Shown piece after piece: positions 27,481-41,130 of a stretch of 64,000 bases of DNA. The DNA comes from Octopus vulgaris (lineage: Eukaryota): the NCBI GenBank assembly GCA_951406725.2, contig OX597833.1, forward strand, positions 16,678,001 to 16,742,000. Reading direction: 5' to 3'. The notes beneath the pieces were generated by a model. That model worked only from the letters and a program-made list of their open reading frames with translations. It did no database searches and was not told where the DNA came from. Every line of letters begins with the position of its first letter. Positions within the stretch are counted from its first letter, which is position 1. The position numbers were made by a program, and so were the translations under genes.

Positions 27481-27885
27481 CGGCGAGCTGGCAGAAACGT
27501 TAGCACGCCGTGCGAAATGCTTAGCGATATTTCGTCTGGCGCTACGTTCTGAGTTCAAATTCCGTCGAGGTCGACTTTACCTTTCATCCTTTCGGGGTCG
27601 ATAAATTAAGTACCAGTTACGCACTGGGGTCGATGTAATCGACTTAATACCTATGTCTGTCCTTGTTTGTCCTCTCTGTGTTTAGCCCCTTGTGGGTAGT
27701 AAAGAAATAGGTATTTCATCTGCCGTTACGTTCTGAGTTCAAATTCCGCCGAGGTCGACTTTACCTTTCATCCTTTCGGGGTCGATAAATTAAGTACCAG
27801 TTGCGCACTGGGGTTGATGTAATCGACTTAATCCGTTTGTCGGTCCTTGTTTGTCTCTATGTTTAGCCATTTGAGGGCAATAAAG
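27481..27885 (+). mobile_element. Meta-like SINE dimer
   Basis: Head plus two units. Confidence 0.85.
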
Positions 27886-28403
27886 AAAAAAAAAATATCT
27901 TCCATTTTGATTTTCTTGGGCCAGCCAAAGACCTGAGAGTTGATGTGGTAGATGGAAACTAAATGAAACCTGTCGTATATGTATGTATATATCCTCTTTA
28001 CTTGTTCCAGACGGTAGAGTGTGGCCATGCTGGGGCACGGCCTTGAATAGTATTTAGTCGAATGAATCAACCCCAGTGCTTTATTTTAAAGCCTGGCGTT
28101 GATTCTATCGGTCTTTTTGCCGAACCGAAAAGTTACAGGAATGCAATCACACCAACACAGGTGTCAAGCGGTGGTGGGACACACACACATACACACTCAC
28201 ACACACATGTGACGGGCTTTTTTCGGTTTCCGTCTTTGGTCGGTCCGAGGCAATATAATAGAAGACATTTGCCCAAGGTGCCACGCAGCCGGACTGAACC
28301 TGGAATTGCGTGGTTCGAAAATCACGGTTCTTACCACAGCCACGTCTACGTCTATTTATTTTATTTTATTCAATTTTTAACAATAATATATTTAAATAAA
28401 CAA

Positions 28404-28895
28404 TAAATGCGCCCTTTTAAAGCCTAGCCAGGCTCATGGGCCCAGTTTCCCGGTTTCTATGGCGTATGTGCTCCCCAGCTGGACGGGACGCCAGTCCATC
28501 GCAGCGTTACTCATTTTTGCCAGCTGAGTGGACTGTAGCAACGTGAAACGAAGTGTTTTGCTCAAGAACACAACACGTCGCCCGGTCCAGGAATCGAAAC
28601 CACAATCTTACGCTCATGGTGCTGACACCCTAATCACTAAGCCACGCGCCTCCACTAAAAAAGTAAATGCGCCCTTTGGGCCCGGTTTCCCGGTTTCAAT
28701 GGTGTATGTGTTCCCCAGCTGGACGGGACTCCAGTCCATCGAAGCGTTACAAATTTTTGCCAGCTGAGTGGACTGGAGCAACGTGAAACGAAGTGTTTTG
28801 CTCAAGAACACACCGCGTCGCCCGGTCCAGGACTGGAAACCACAATCTTACTTTCATGCTGCTGACACCCTAACCACTAAGGCACGCGCCTCCAC
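28404..28895 (-). mobile_element. Two tandem V-domain-like tRNA-derived SINEs (~240-bp period)
   Basis: Minus-strand head GTGGAGGCGCGTGGCTTAGTG..GGTTTCGATTCC, core GTGTTCTTGAGCAAAACACTTCGTTTCACG. Confidence 0.85.
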
Positions 28896-29275
28896 AATAA
28901 TATCTCTACTTACAGTTTTCTAAAGAACCAATCATTGCCGTTCTGAGAGTTAGAATAGCAAGAGTCTCTCTGAAACTCGGTGCAAAGCAAATCTCTCTTG
29001 AGTATTAATTATTAATTAATTAGCTACAACAGTAAATATAACGATTAAATCTATTACTTGGTTTCGTACGTTGGCTTTCTCTCAATTTTGCCTCGTTCCT
29101 TCGAGGAAGCGATACAATAGCCACGAATTGTTAGTACTATGACCTATACATGCCTTATACTCATGTGTAGTCTTGTATTTGTATGTATGTGTTGCGGTGG
29201 GAGACTGCGCATGATCTAAAAGTAAAACTTGGATAAACAGTTTAACGACCCAAGAAATAAATACGATGACTAATA

Positions 29276-29460
29276 TTAGGTTGGCGCATAAATATTGCGG
29301 CTTTTTTTCAATAAAATTTATTCAACAAAAACAATAACAACATTTAACAAAAACATCTTTAAATGATTATTCCAGAGCATATTCACCATCTACTTCAATT
29401 ACTGCTTCCCATTTGCTTGGCAGCTGGTCGGAATAATCATTTAAAGATGTTTTTGTCAAA
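29276..29460 (-). mobile_element. mariner 3' end remnant
   Basis: TA then TIR TTAGGTTGGCGCATAAATATTGCGG; minus-strand QLPSKWEAVIEVDGEYALE*. Confidence 0.75.
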
Positions 29461-30040
29461 GGTGGCGAGCTGGCAGAAACGTTAACACGAAATGCGTAGC
29501 CGTATTTCGTCTGCCATTATGTTCTGAGTTCAAATTCCGCCGAGGTCAACTTTGCCTTTCATCCTTTCGGGGTCGATAAAATAAGTACCAGTTACGCACT
29601 GGGGTCGATATAATCGACTTAATCCGTTTGTCTGTCCTTGTTTGTCCTCTCTGTGTTTAGCCCCTTGTGGGTAGTAAAGAAATAGGTATTTCGTCTGCCG
29701 CTATGTTCTGAGTTCAAATTCTGCCGAGGTCGACTTTGCCTTTCATCCTTTCGGGATCGATAAATTAAGTACCAGTTACATACTCTGGTCAATATTATCG
29801 ACTTAATCCCTTTGCCTGTTCTTGTTTGTCCCCTCTATGTTTAGCCCCTTGTGGGCAATAATGAAATAGGTATTTCGCCCGTCGCTACATTCTCAGTTCA
29901 AATTTCGCCGAGGTCGACTTTGCCATTCATCCTTTCGGGGTCGATAAATGAAGTACCAGTTGAGTACTGGGGTCGATGTAGTCGACTATCCTCACCCCCG
30001 CCCACCAAATTTCAGGGTTTCTGCTTATAGCAGAAAAGAT
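29461..30040 (+). mobile_element. Meta-like SINE trimer
   Basis: Head, two internal units, terminal unit. Confidence 0.85.
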
Positions 30041-30179
30041 TATTTCATTCTACTTTTGAGTCAGCGGCGTGTTGGTGGAATTGTTAGCACGGCGGTTGAA
30101 ATACTTAGCGGCCTTCCGTCTTACTTTATGTTCTGAGTTCAACTTCAATTTTCATCCTTTTGGGGATTGATAAATTTCG

Positions 30180-30528
30180 TACCCTTTAGAATTGGAATTT
30201 TTGAAAAGTAAAAATTTTGCAGTATACAACTTGTTATTCTCTTCAAGTGAACATTTTTCCAGTTGAAATACACCGAAAAATGGTGACACAGCAGTCAAAA
30301 ATCGGAAAAAATTGGGATTTTCATAAAAAAAAGCACCTTTTTTATGTAAATAATTTTTGGCGTTAACATGGTCCGATTTGAATTTTATCTTCTTCAGAAT
30401 GAAGAACAAGCCTTCTATCATACTCTCAATTTTGGTCAACTTGCGCTACAGGGTCTCGAAGGAGATAGTGTTAGTTGAAGGCTACCAAACCTGCCACACA
30501 CAGACAACTTCAGCTTTATATATATAGA
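30180..30528 (-). mobile_element. Helitron-like 5' portion (second family)
   Basis: Minus strand starts A|TCTATATATATAAAGCTGAAGTTGTCTGTGTG, resembling the 11235 terminus; no CTAG end seen. Confidence 0.55.
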
Positions 30529-31017
30529 TTTGCTACACACTACTTTCCATCCTTAATAATGAAACTTGGTAGATCCAAAAGTTAAACACACAGACACACA
30601 AGTTTTATATATATAGATATATATAGTTTATAGAGAAATAATTCAAACACACGCAGCACATAAACGATTGAATGTGATTCGTGGTACAAAGTAAAATATT
30701 TTGCTGTTGTAATAAGACAGTGATAATAGCTATATGTAGTACGATTCTTTAATCTATTTTGTATATCAGAAGTATTGTAATTGTATATTTCTTGACCCAC
30801 ATAAACCATCAATGGAAATCAATATCGTTAATATTTTCGGCTTGCTATACAAACATTTTTTCTTAATGTATTTATCCGGAATATATTTGTTGTGTGTTAA
30901 AGTCAAAGCACATGTCAGTACACGAGCGTCTATACATACACAAACACACGTGTAGAAAGCACATACAAACTCACAAAGACCGGGGAGACGTTCAAGAAAC
31001 GTTCGCATTAAAGTACG

Positions 31018-31425
31018 GATGTAGCTATGTGGTAAGGAGTTTGTTTCCTAACCACATGGTTCCAGGTTCAGTCTCATTGCGTGGCACCTTGGGCAAGTGT
31101 TTTTATTATAACTTCGGACTGATGAAAGCTTTGTGAGTGGATTTGGTAGACGGAAACTGAAAGAAGCCCGTCTCATATATATTTACATACGTATACGTAT
31201 CTATATATGTATCTTTGTGTCTGAGTTTGCCGCATCACCACCACTTGATAACCGGTCTTAGTGTGTTTATGTACCGGTAGCTTAGCGGTTCGGCAAAATA
31301 TACCCACGGAATAAGTATAAGGCTTAAAGAATAAGTACAATAATTGATTTATTCGACAAAAATCCTCAAGGGGTGCACCAGCATGGCCACAGTCTAATGA
31401 CTGAAACAAGTAAAAAGTTAAAGAT
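31018..31425 (+). mobile_element. CORE-like SINE
   Basis: Same organisation as 51799-52186. Confidence 0.85.
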
Positions 31426-32000
31426 TTTAATGGGGCCGAAAGAGGCTTCTGAACAAATTAGAAAAAGTCAAGAATATGTTAGCCTTTAAACTCGAAGAGT
31501 TATCACAGGTATTTTGACCAGCGTTTACACAATCATAAGAAATCCTACCTTGAGTTCAGAGTGCGACGCGAAAGCAATTTCTCCTAAGAGGCGGAGATTA
31601 CAATAATTATTTATGCGTAAGGGTTAGCGATTAGTCTTTACTCTTTTACTCATTTGACTGTGGCCATGCTGGTGCACCGCATTTAGTCGAGCAAATAGAC
31701 CCCAGGACTTATTCTTTGTAAGCCTAGTACTTATTCTATCGGCGGTGGTGTATTTATGTCCCCGTAGCTTAGCGGTTCGGCAAAAGAAACCGATAGAATA
31801 AGTACTAGGCTTACAAAGAATAAGTCCTGGGGTCGATTAGCTCGACTAAAGAACAATTCCGTGGAGGTTAAGAGTAGGTAGAAGAGGAATCGGGCTGAGC
31901 AGACACGGAAACAACTATGCGGATAAATTTAATATATTATATCTAATTTCTTTGTCCGCAAAATTGCCCCTGTGTGTACGCGTTCGCATGTGTGAATATA

Positions 32001-32566
32001 TTGGGTTGTCCGGAAAGTTTGTGCCGATTTTTAAAGGAGAGAAAAAGGTCAGTAAATACTTGTCATTACATCTTTAATCAACCAAATACGAACCATTTTG
32101 TTGCACAATGCGTCTCCATTTTTCCTTTAACTTGAAAATACCCTCTTCCCAGAACTGAGGTGGTTTCGTGGCAAAAAATTCATCAAGGTATCTTTTTACG
32201 TCATCGAAGGAATTGAAATTTTTACCATTAAGACTATTCTGCAGGGACCTGAATAAGTGGAAATCCAAAGGAGCAATATCTGGTGAATATGGAGTGTCGG
32301 GTAACACATCCCGGCCTAGCTGCAGCAATTTTTGTCTGGTTCTCAAAGCATCAAGTGCCGAAAATGAACTTTCTTATCTTCCATTTTAAAGGGTTACAGA
32401 ATTAATGCAGGTTATAGGAACATAAACTTTCTTCCACGAAAAGATAGCTTAAACAGTGCTCTAAATGGAGGTGTAGTCAAATCCTATTTTATGGACTCAA
32501 CCATGTTCTAAAATGAGTCGAAAGGTAAGCTACTATAAATCGGCACGAACTTTCCGGACAACCCAA
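32001..32566 (-). mobile_element. Internally deleted mariner with both TIRs
   Basis: 30-bp TIRs TTGGGTTGTCCGGAAAGTT(T/C)GTGCCGATTT, TA TSDs; ORF 32074-32346 has PYSPDIAPLDFHLFRSLQNSL (YSPDLAP motif). Confidence 0.95.
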
Positions 32567-32990
32567 TATAAATGTATGTATGCTTGTATGTATGTATGTA
32601 TAGGCTCGACATCTCTCTATTCATATTAAACCAACTACGTAAATAGCTTTACGACAATACACCTATGACAACGGCTCTTTTCCTCTTTCATGCCTTTCAG
32701 ATATATCATGCATTTAGTGTACTGGAAAGCTACGAAAAATTCATTGAAAAATACAAGGACACAATACACACATACACATTAACAGCCACAAACATATCTA
32801 TAAGTGCTCATTCATAAAGTATTCCTGTTCTCAAAAGCCCCCGCGAAACATATGTTAATCGAATATCCTTGAAGCATCTGTGAAAATCCATATCGTTAAT
32901 GTATTGAATTAGATATATCGACTTAATAAGTACATTGACATTCCAACAAGTACACCCACTCTCTGTCTCCCCTCTCTTTCCCTCTCTCCC

Positions 32991-33041
<51 letters not shown>

Positions 33042-33364
33042 ATATTAGGAAGTATAACTCCAAACTTACAGGGAAATATTCAATTTAGTATTAAATCAAA
33101 TTTCACAATATATATATATAAATATAATATATATATAAATATAATATATATAATATATATATAAATATAATATATATAATATATATATATAAATATAATA
33201 TATATAATATAATATATATAAATTAAAGAAAAATCACTATAATGTAATTCAAACAATGATAGACATAAACCATATCATATAGACAAAATAAAATATATTA
33301 TAAAACATATATCTAGATCACAAAAAGTACAAAAAATGAATAAACATTGTATAATAAGTAAAAA

Positions 33365-33466
33365 GACTACGTACGTTTCGTGGTTATAACTTCAATTCGA
33401 ATTACAATTAAATTTAAATTTAATCCAAAAACAAATCAATTTAAAAGTATATTCACTCCTCAGGTC
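33365..33466 (-). ncRNA. Type I hammerhead-like motif, canonical core, ~75-nt stem II
   Basis: gac-CTGAGGA-gtg...cac-GAAAC-gtac-GTA-gtc; palindromic stem III ACGTACGT; inside an AT-rich element (about 33045-33560) abutting (TA)n. Confidence 0.7.
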
Positions 33467-33604
33467 AACAATAATAACAATGATTGTTAATTAAATACAT
33501 ATTTTTAATAAATAATCAAATAGAATTAAACAATATTTCTTAGAGAAATATAAACATGATTCTTCTTATAGACCTGAAAAAGTAGTACCTTTTGTCTTCA
33601 TCTT

Positions 33605-34022
33605 GTTTTATGTTTTACTTGTTTCAAACTCAAGACTGCGGCTATGCTGGGGCACCGCCTGGAAGAATTTTAATCAAAGGAATTGACCCCAGTACCTTTT
33701 CTCTTTAAAGCTTGGTACTCATTCTGTTGGTCTATTTTGTCGAACCGCTAGATTACGGGGTCGTAGACACAACAACACCGGTTGTCAAGTGGTGATGTGG
33801 GAGACAAACACAGGACACAAATATGCGCGCCCGTACGCACACACACATGTATATATTACAATGGGCTTCCTTCAGTTTCCATCTACTAAATCCACTGGAA
33901 AAGCTTTAGTTAGACCGAAGCTATAAAAGAAGACACTTGCCCAAGTGCCAAGCAATGGGACTGAACCTTGAATCATGTGGTTGATAAGCAAGCTTCTTAT
34001 CATACAGTCACCCCTGCGCCTA
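33605..34022 (-). mobile_element. Diverged CORE-like SINE
   Basis: Reverse complement of the family pattern. Confidence 0.8.
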
Positions 34023-34282
34023 TTTTAGTATATTAAGGGCCCATAAAATGCATTGATTTAGATATATTTATTGCAAGAAACAGCTGGGATTCTTTCTCAA
34101 ACGGTTTACATAGTTCAACCTACACAAGTAAATAGGTGAAAAATAAAATAAAAATTCTATAAAATTAGCTTTTAAACATCGAATGGCCATGGGGATCCAC
34201 CAGAATAAAATAATAATAATAGGGGTCCATAAATAAAAAACAACGGCTGAGAACAATTGCATTAGTTACTGTAGAGCCTGCA

Positions 34283-34740
34283 AAGCGAGCTGGCAGAAAT
34301 GTTAACACGCCAGGCGAAATGCTTAGGGGCATATCGGCTGCCGCAAAATAGCGAGCTGGCTGAAACGTTAGCACGTCGGGCGAAATGCGTAGCCGTATTT
34401 CGTCTGGCGTTACGTTCTGAGTTCAAATTCCGTCGAGGTCGACTTTGCCTTTCATCCTTTCGGGGTCGATTAAATAAGTACCTGTTACGCACTGGGGTCG
34501 ATGTAATCGACTTAATCCGTTTGTCTGTCCTTGTTTGTCCCTTCTGTGTTTAGCCCCTTGTGGATAGTAAAGAAATAGAAATAGGTATTTCATCTGTCTT
34601 TACGTTCTGAGTTCAAATTCCACCGAGGTCGACGTTGCCTTTCATCCTTTCGGGGTCGATTAAGTATCACTTGCGTAATGAGGTCGATCTAATCGACTGG
34701 CCCCATCCCCCAAAATTTTGGGCCTTGTGCCTAGAATAAA
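34283..34740 (+). mobile_element. Meta-like SINE multimer with duplicated head
   Basis: Two heads (34283, 34349), then units. Confidence 0.85.
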
Positions 34741-35394
34741 AAGGAAAAAAATATAGAGCCTGCTAAACAAGAGGACAGAATGGACATGGATTCATATTCA
34801 CAGAGACAGGTACCAGCCTTTAAGCGCTTACACAAAGTGCTAGAAATTGCAGCCAAAACTCTAACTCACTCCAAACTTGCATATATTTAATTAAGCATAT
34901 TTTTCAAAGTATAATTATAGACAAATACACGTGACACACACGGGACAAAAATACACGCTAAGTCAATTAGTTTATTAAATTAGTGTTTAAACGTGTGATA
35001 GATAAATGCGATAGTTTATTGAATTACTTTTCAAGCATCATAAATTCGATGCACAGTATTTCAGAGATCACTTATTAACATAATGCTAAACATCAATACA
35101 TTATTTATTAATACAATGCAATAATTATTAGCGGAATATTTTTACATATACGTATGTAATTGTCTAAAACGATAGTTCAAAGTAATATTATGCCTGCGAT
35201 TTGATTTGAAGAAATAATAATATTAGTAATAATTTTTGAAGACGATTCATGACTTTATCCAGCTCTATAGCAGGATATAAATAGCCTTCAGAATGAGGAT
35301 ACAGAGATAAGCATTTATATAAAGTTGTAATACATGAAATAGATAATGAATTTAACTGTGATAAAATGGTTATGTACATACATATTTCTGTGTG

Positions 35395-35484
<90 letters not shown>

Positions 35485-35517
35485 CATACATACATACACA
35501 CATACACATACATATAA

Positions 35518-35560
<43 letters not shown>

Positions 35561-35575
35561 CACGCACACACACAT

Positions 35576-35628
<53 letters not shown>

Positions 35629-35985
35629 GATTATTTGTCAACAAATAATCTTTATATGTTGACGTGGTAGTCCTGGTTAGGACGAATGTTACTGTTATTT
35701 AGCCCCAGGAAACATCGTCTCCAGCTGGCTATACGACACACACTATATATATATATATATCATATCATATCCTATCATATCATATACTTATTATATATAT
35801 ATATATATATATATACATAGGTGCGGGAGTGGCTGTGTAGTTAGTAGCGTGCTTACCAACAACATGGTTCCGGGTTCAGTCCCGCTGGGCATGTGTCTTC
35901 TATTATAGCCTCGGGCCGACCAAAGCCTTGTGAGTGGATCTGGTAGACGGAAACTGAAAGAAGTCCGTCGTGTATATATATATAT

Positions 35986-36198
35986 AACGGGAAGCTTTAT
36001 GAAAATAAACAAAAGACGAAGGCAGGTGGAAAACAAACGAACAATTGTATTAGTATGGCGCTCAGGAAATATAAATAAAACAAGTCTTTAACGTTTCGAG
36101 CCTACGCTCTTCAACAGAAAGATACACAGAGAGAGAAAAACACAGAAAGAAGGAGAGAAAAAAAATGCGTGCAGTAGCTAACGAATCAACATGGCGAT
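35986..36198 (-). mobile_element. ~210-bp hammerhead-bearing element (family A); motif at 36085-36122
   Basis: tcttt-CTGTTGA-a-gagc-gtag-gctc-GAAAC-GTT-aaaga; near-identical to 44196-44402 and 55403-55617. Confidence 0.8.
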
Positions 36199-36384
36199 CA
36201 CTGCGTGGCACATTGGGAATATGACTTGCTGTAGCCTCAGGCCGACCAATGCCTTGTAAATGGATTTTGTAGGCAACGCCTCATAATGCGCTGCAAACTG
36301 ACGCCAAAAGCGTAAAAATTTCCTTAAAGAAAACTCCCCAAAACACATATTATAGTCGAGCAAAACAAAGATAATAAACTAAAC

Positions 36385-36385
<1 letters not shown>
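36199..36385 (+). repeat. 187-bp exact duplicate of 37660-37846
   Basis: Identical by reading; the ORF track shows the same peptide start at offset 1461. Confidence 0.9.
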
Positions 36386-36458
<73 letters not shown>

Positions 36459-36652
36459 CTTGTGTGTCTGTTTGTGCCCCATCATCGCTTGACAACCCAT
36501 GCTGGTGTGTTTACGTTCACGTAACTTAGCGGTCCGGCAAAAGATACTGATAAAATATTTACAAAGAATAAGTCCTAGTGTCGATATTTTCAACTAAAAG
36601 GAGGTGCTCCAACATGGCCGCAGTCAAGTAACTGAAATAAAAGAATAAAAGA

Positions 36653-37218
36653 CTACATACATACATACATACATACATAATACATACATACACACATACA
36701 TACATACATACATACACACACACATACATACATACATACATACATACATACATACATGCATACGTACACACACATACATACATACATACATACATACATG
36801 CATACGTACATACATGCATGCATACATACATACATACATACATACATACACACATACACACACACATACATACATACATACATACATACATACATACATA
36901 CATACATACATACATACGTACACACACATACATACATACATACATACATACATACATACGTACATACATGCATGCATACATACATACATACATACATACA
37001 TACATACATACATACATACATACACACATACATACATACATACATACATACATACATACATACATACATACATGCATACGTACACACACATACATACATA
37101 CATACATACATGCATACGTACATACATGCATGCATACATACATACATACATACATACATACACACATACATACATACATACATACATACATACATACATA
37201 CATACATACATACACATA
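36653..37218. repeat. (TACA)n microsatellite with higher-order variants
   Basis: Direct reading. Confidence 0.95.
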
Positions 37219-37339
37219 CGTCCTTCTGCCGATAGTTTGGAGTAATGGATTCTTAGGTTACCTCTAATTCTTGGATTACATTACACCTTTGCATTCCATT
37301 GGAGTACGTCAGTTCTGTACCATTAATTAGACATACATA

Positions 37340-37399
<60 letters not shown>

Positions 37400-38147
37400 C
37401 TCACATACACTTGATGTATATTTAATGTGTCTGAGGGCATAAAGACCGCATGACTATTTGAGACTACAAATTAAAATTTGAAGATTTAAGTACCACATAT
37501 TCAGCAAAAAGGAAATAAAATACCTTTAAGTGTAGTAAAAGCATGTGGGAGGCCCACCTTCGAATATATGTCCTGGCATAATTTTCTCGTTTTTTTTTTC
37601 AGACATTGGCCGTATGGTAAGAAGCTTGCACCCCAACTACACGGTTCCGGGTTCAGTACCACTGCGTGGCACATTGGGAATATGACTTGCTGTAGCCTCA
37701 GGCCGACCAATGCCTTGTAAATGGATTTTGTAGGCAACGCCTCATAATGCGCTGCAAACTGACGCCAAAAGCGTAAAAATTTCCTTAAAGAAAACTCCCC
37801 AAAACACATATTATAGTCGAGCAAAACAAAGATAATAAACTAAACTTTTGCTTAATAGCCTATGAGTCCCCATTTTAAGCTAAAGGTAAAAAAAATACCT
37901 ACTGCTATCACCAGCTCCGATATTTCACTGTATAAATGTACAAGTATCAATACATACCTATACGAGCAGAGCCATCGCACAGCCATATCTATACACACTT
38001 GCTAAAATATACAGTAAAAGTAGAATTTACCTCTTTCTCTTCAACCACGTGTTACATATTAAAATAACGCTGCAGTGAATGCAACTTTGATCAAACTTGC
38101 ATTCACTGCCGCATTATTTTGATATATATATATACATATATATATAT

Positions 38148-38337
38148 TGCTATGATAGATCGGTAGCCACTACACACATTTTTTTCCTTCTCTCCTTGTT
38201 TTTTTTTCTGTCTTCCTTTCTGTAGAAGAGCGTAGGCTCGAAACGTAAAAGACTTTTTTCAATTCCTGAGCGTTATACTAATACATCTGTTTGTTTTCTA
38301 CACCATCTGTCTTTGTCTTTTTTTTTTTGTGAACTCC

Positions 38338-38340
<3 letters not shown>
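38148..38340 (+). mobile_element. Family A-related hammerhead-bearing element; motif at 38216-38251
   Basis: cttt-CTGTAGA-a-gagc-gtag-gctc-GAAAC-GTA-aaag; (TA)n on both sides. Confidence 0.75.
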
Positions 38341-38388
<48 letters not shown>

Positions 38389-38392
38389 CATA

Positions 38393-38428
<36 letters not shown>

Positions 38429-38779
38429 TGTATGTATGTATGTATGTATGTATGTATCTGTGTGTGTGTGTGTGTGCCTTTCTGTTTGTGTTTTCCCTCA
38501 TCACCGCTTGACAACCGGCATTGGTGTGTTTACGTCCCCGCAACTTTGCGGTTTTGCAACAGAATTCGATAGAATAAGTACCAGGCTTAACGAAAATTAG
38601 TCCTGAAGTCGATTTGTTCGACTAAAACCCTTCTAGGCTGTGCACCAGCATGGCCGCAGTCAAACGATTGAAACAAGTGAAAGATTTTTTGAAATAAAGA
38701 AAACCAAAGTGGATTATAGATCATTTACATTATTTACATTATTTACATTCGACGGATATTTGTCCTCACTTTGTTGTTA

Positions 38780-38823
38780 ACACAACGTTTCGGCTGATAT
38801 ACTCTCTAGCCTTCTTCAGGTGT
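38780..38823 (-). ncRNA. Minimal hammerhead-like motif, canonical core
   Basis: acac-CTGAAGA-a-ggct-agagagtatatc-agcc-GAAAC-GTT-gtgt. Confidence 0.7.
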
Positions 38824-38886
38824 CTTGGGAAAATTTCGAACCTGGGTTCTCATTCTTAAGGTATTTTATGATGTTGTTATTATCAT

Positions 38887-39608
38887 TATTGAGTGAGAGA
38901 GCAGTACATACCATCAAAGTGACACAGAGGTAAAATATACGAAGCCCCGTATACCCATCATGACTACCCATCATGACTACCCATCTGATAAGAGTACACT
39001 AGGCACATGCATCACAACCATATATACACGACATGGTGATCTCATATCAAGATAAACAGCAAATGACCTTGCAGGTGGGGCCCAGTTAGAATTTTCTTCT
39101 GGTCGAGTAACCCATCCCGCTCAAAAGGTCTCTGAATAAGGGTTGTTTAAGGATGTTGAACGACACACCCATGTTTCCAGAGGTGAATTATTCAAACCCC
39201 AAAGAATCCCTCTCAACACATGGCTATGATGCTCCCCCATTACTTCTGCTTGTGATCAGAGATGCACATATCGTCAGCAACTAAGGGACATCCTCAACTG
39301 GTTAAGGTCAAATAACTGGCAAGCAAATCTGTGGTATTGAGCAGAATATTTGATGTAGCCCATCTCTTATACCAAGACAAAGCAATGTACATGATAACAC
39401 TTCCAATCAGTTAAGATCAGAAGACACGAAAGCCACTGCCTGGTACTGTATCAGGACATTTATTATTTGATTATTATTATTATTATTATTATTATTATCA
39501 TTATTATTATTATTATTATTATTATTCAGTCCACTGCTTGGAATCGAACTCGGAATCTTGGGGTTAGTAGCCCGCGCTCTTAACTCACTACGACATATGC
39601 TCGTGGGC
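38887..39608 (-). mobile_element. Long SINE: tRNA-like head (39526-39608), (AAT)n spacer, ~580-bp body, (AAT) tail
   Basis: Head GTCGTAGTGAGTTAAGAGCGCGGGCTACTAACCCCAAGATTCCGAGTTCGATTCC; body repeated at 3595-4400. Confidence 0.75.
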
Positions 39609-40149
39609 ATGTATTCTAAAGTGCATTGTATTCTACCAAACACTGTAAATAAAATTAAGTGAAAATGTTGTAGAGACCACGTAGACATTGAAGGCAAAGC
39701 AAAAAAAAAAAAAAAATCAGAAAAAAAAGAAATACTATGTGGCCGCAACATGTTCCGTCCGACTTCCACCCCCGCTAGCGCCAACATTTAATTCTAAAAT
39801 AGTTATAGAACCGCGACACATATCGGCCTATAGAGATTTTATTTTCATTTCATTCAGTTACACGTCTGTTGACATATAGACGCCCACAGCCTGTCCAAAG
39901 TACGGTTCCTCGATAGAACAACTACAACACAACACATACACAAAGATATACATGTATTTCAAATACTTATTTACGTTTCGTAGGTGAATATATCGATTGT
40001 CGAAGCACTACCTCAGCTGCCGGTTCATTTGAATGTTTTTTGATTTTTTTCTTTTTTGAACCAGCTGTGCAAATCCTTACAATTAATATATTGAATTAAT
40101 TCTTTCTTAAATCAATTTGTCCTGAATATGAGTTCATGGCTATATCGTC

Positions 40150-41130
40150 CTATACACACTAGTAGGAAAACCACACACACACACACACACAGCACGTTCA
40201 TATACATTCACACACACAGCACACACACACACACACGCTCACATACACATACTCGTACTCACACAGCATACACACATGCACACACATACACACACACTAA
40301 TGATCCCACCCCCGCTGCTGATCAACACACATCAACACACACACACACTCACATACACTCACACACACATCACACACACGCACACACACACTCATACCCA
40401 CACAGCAGACACACATACACACACACTAATGACCCCACCCCGCTACTGACCAACACACACACCACTCACATGCACTCACACACACAGCACACACACATAC
40501 TCATACCCATAGAGCACACACACTCACATGCACGCACGCACAAATGACCCCACCCACACTACTGATCAACACACACGCACTCACATGCACTCACACACAC
40601 ACACACACACACGCACACACTCACACACACATATACTCATACTCACACAGCACACACATACACACACTAATGATCCCACCTCCGTTACTGATCAACACAC
40701 ACACACACACACACACATACTCACACACATACACTCACACACAAACGCCCCCACACACACATTCGTACTTCCTCGTGCATTTTGTGTGTGCAACCTTGCA
40801 TTATGAATAGTAGGTCATATTGATCAACACACACACACACACGCACTCACACACACTCACGCACATATACTTACTCTCTCTCTCACACACACACAAGGCG
40901 TACTCGTGCATATGCACAGGTACTCACACACAAACGCCCCCCACACACACATTCGTACTTCCTAGTGTGCTTTTCGTACTTCCTTATATTATAAATATTA
41001 GGTTATATTGATCAACACACACACTCACACACAAACACACACTCACATACACTCACACACACTCACACACATTCACACTCACACTCACACACACTCACAC
41101 ACACTCACACACACTCACTAATAACCCCAC
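40150..41130. repeat. Degenerate CA-rich tandem repeat with recurring unique spacers
   Basis: AATGA(T/C)CCCACC...CTGA(T/C)CAACAC x4; CAAACGCCCCC...ATTCGTACTTCCT x2. Confidence 0.85.

Noticed and set aside
39526-39608. tRNA gene with ACT anticodon
   Set aside because: Acceptor stem does not pair, no long Ser variable arm, and it heads a SINE body
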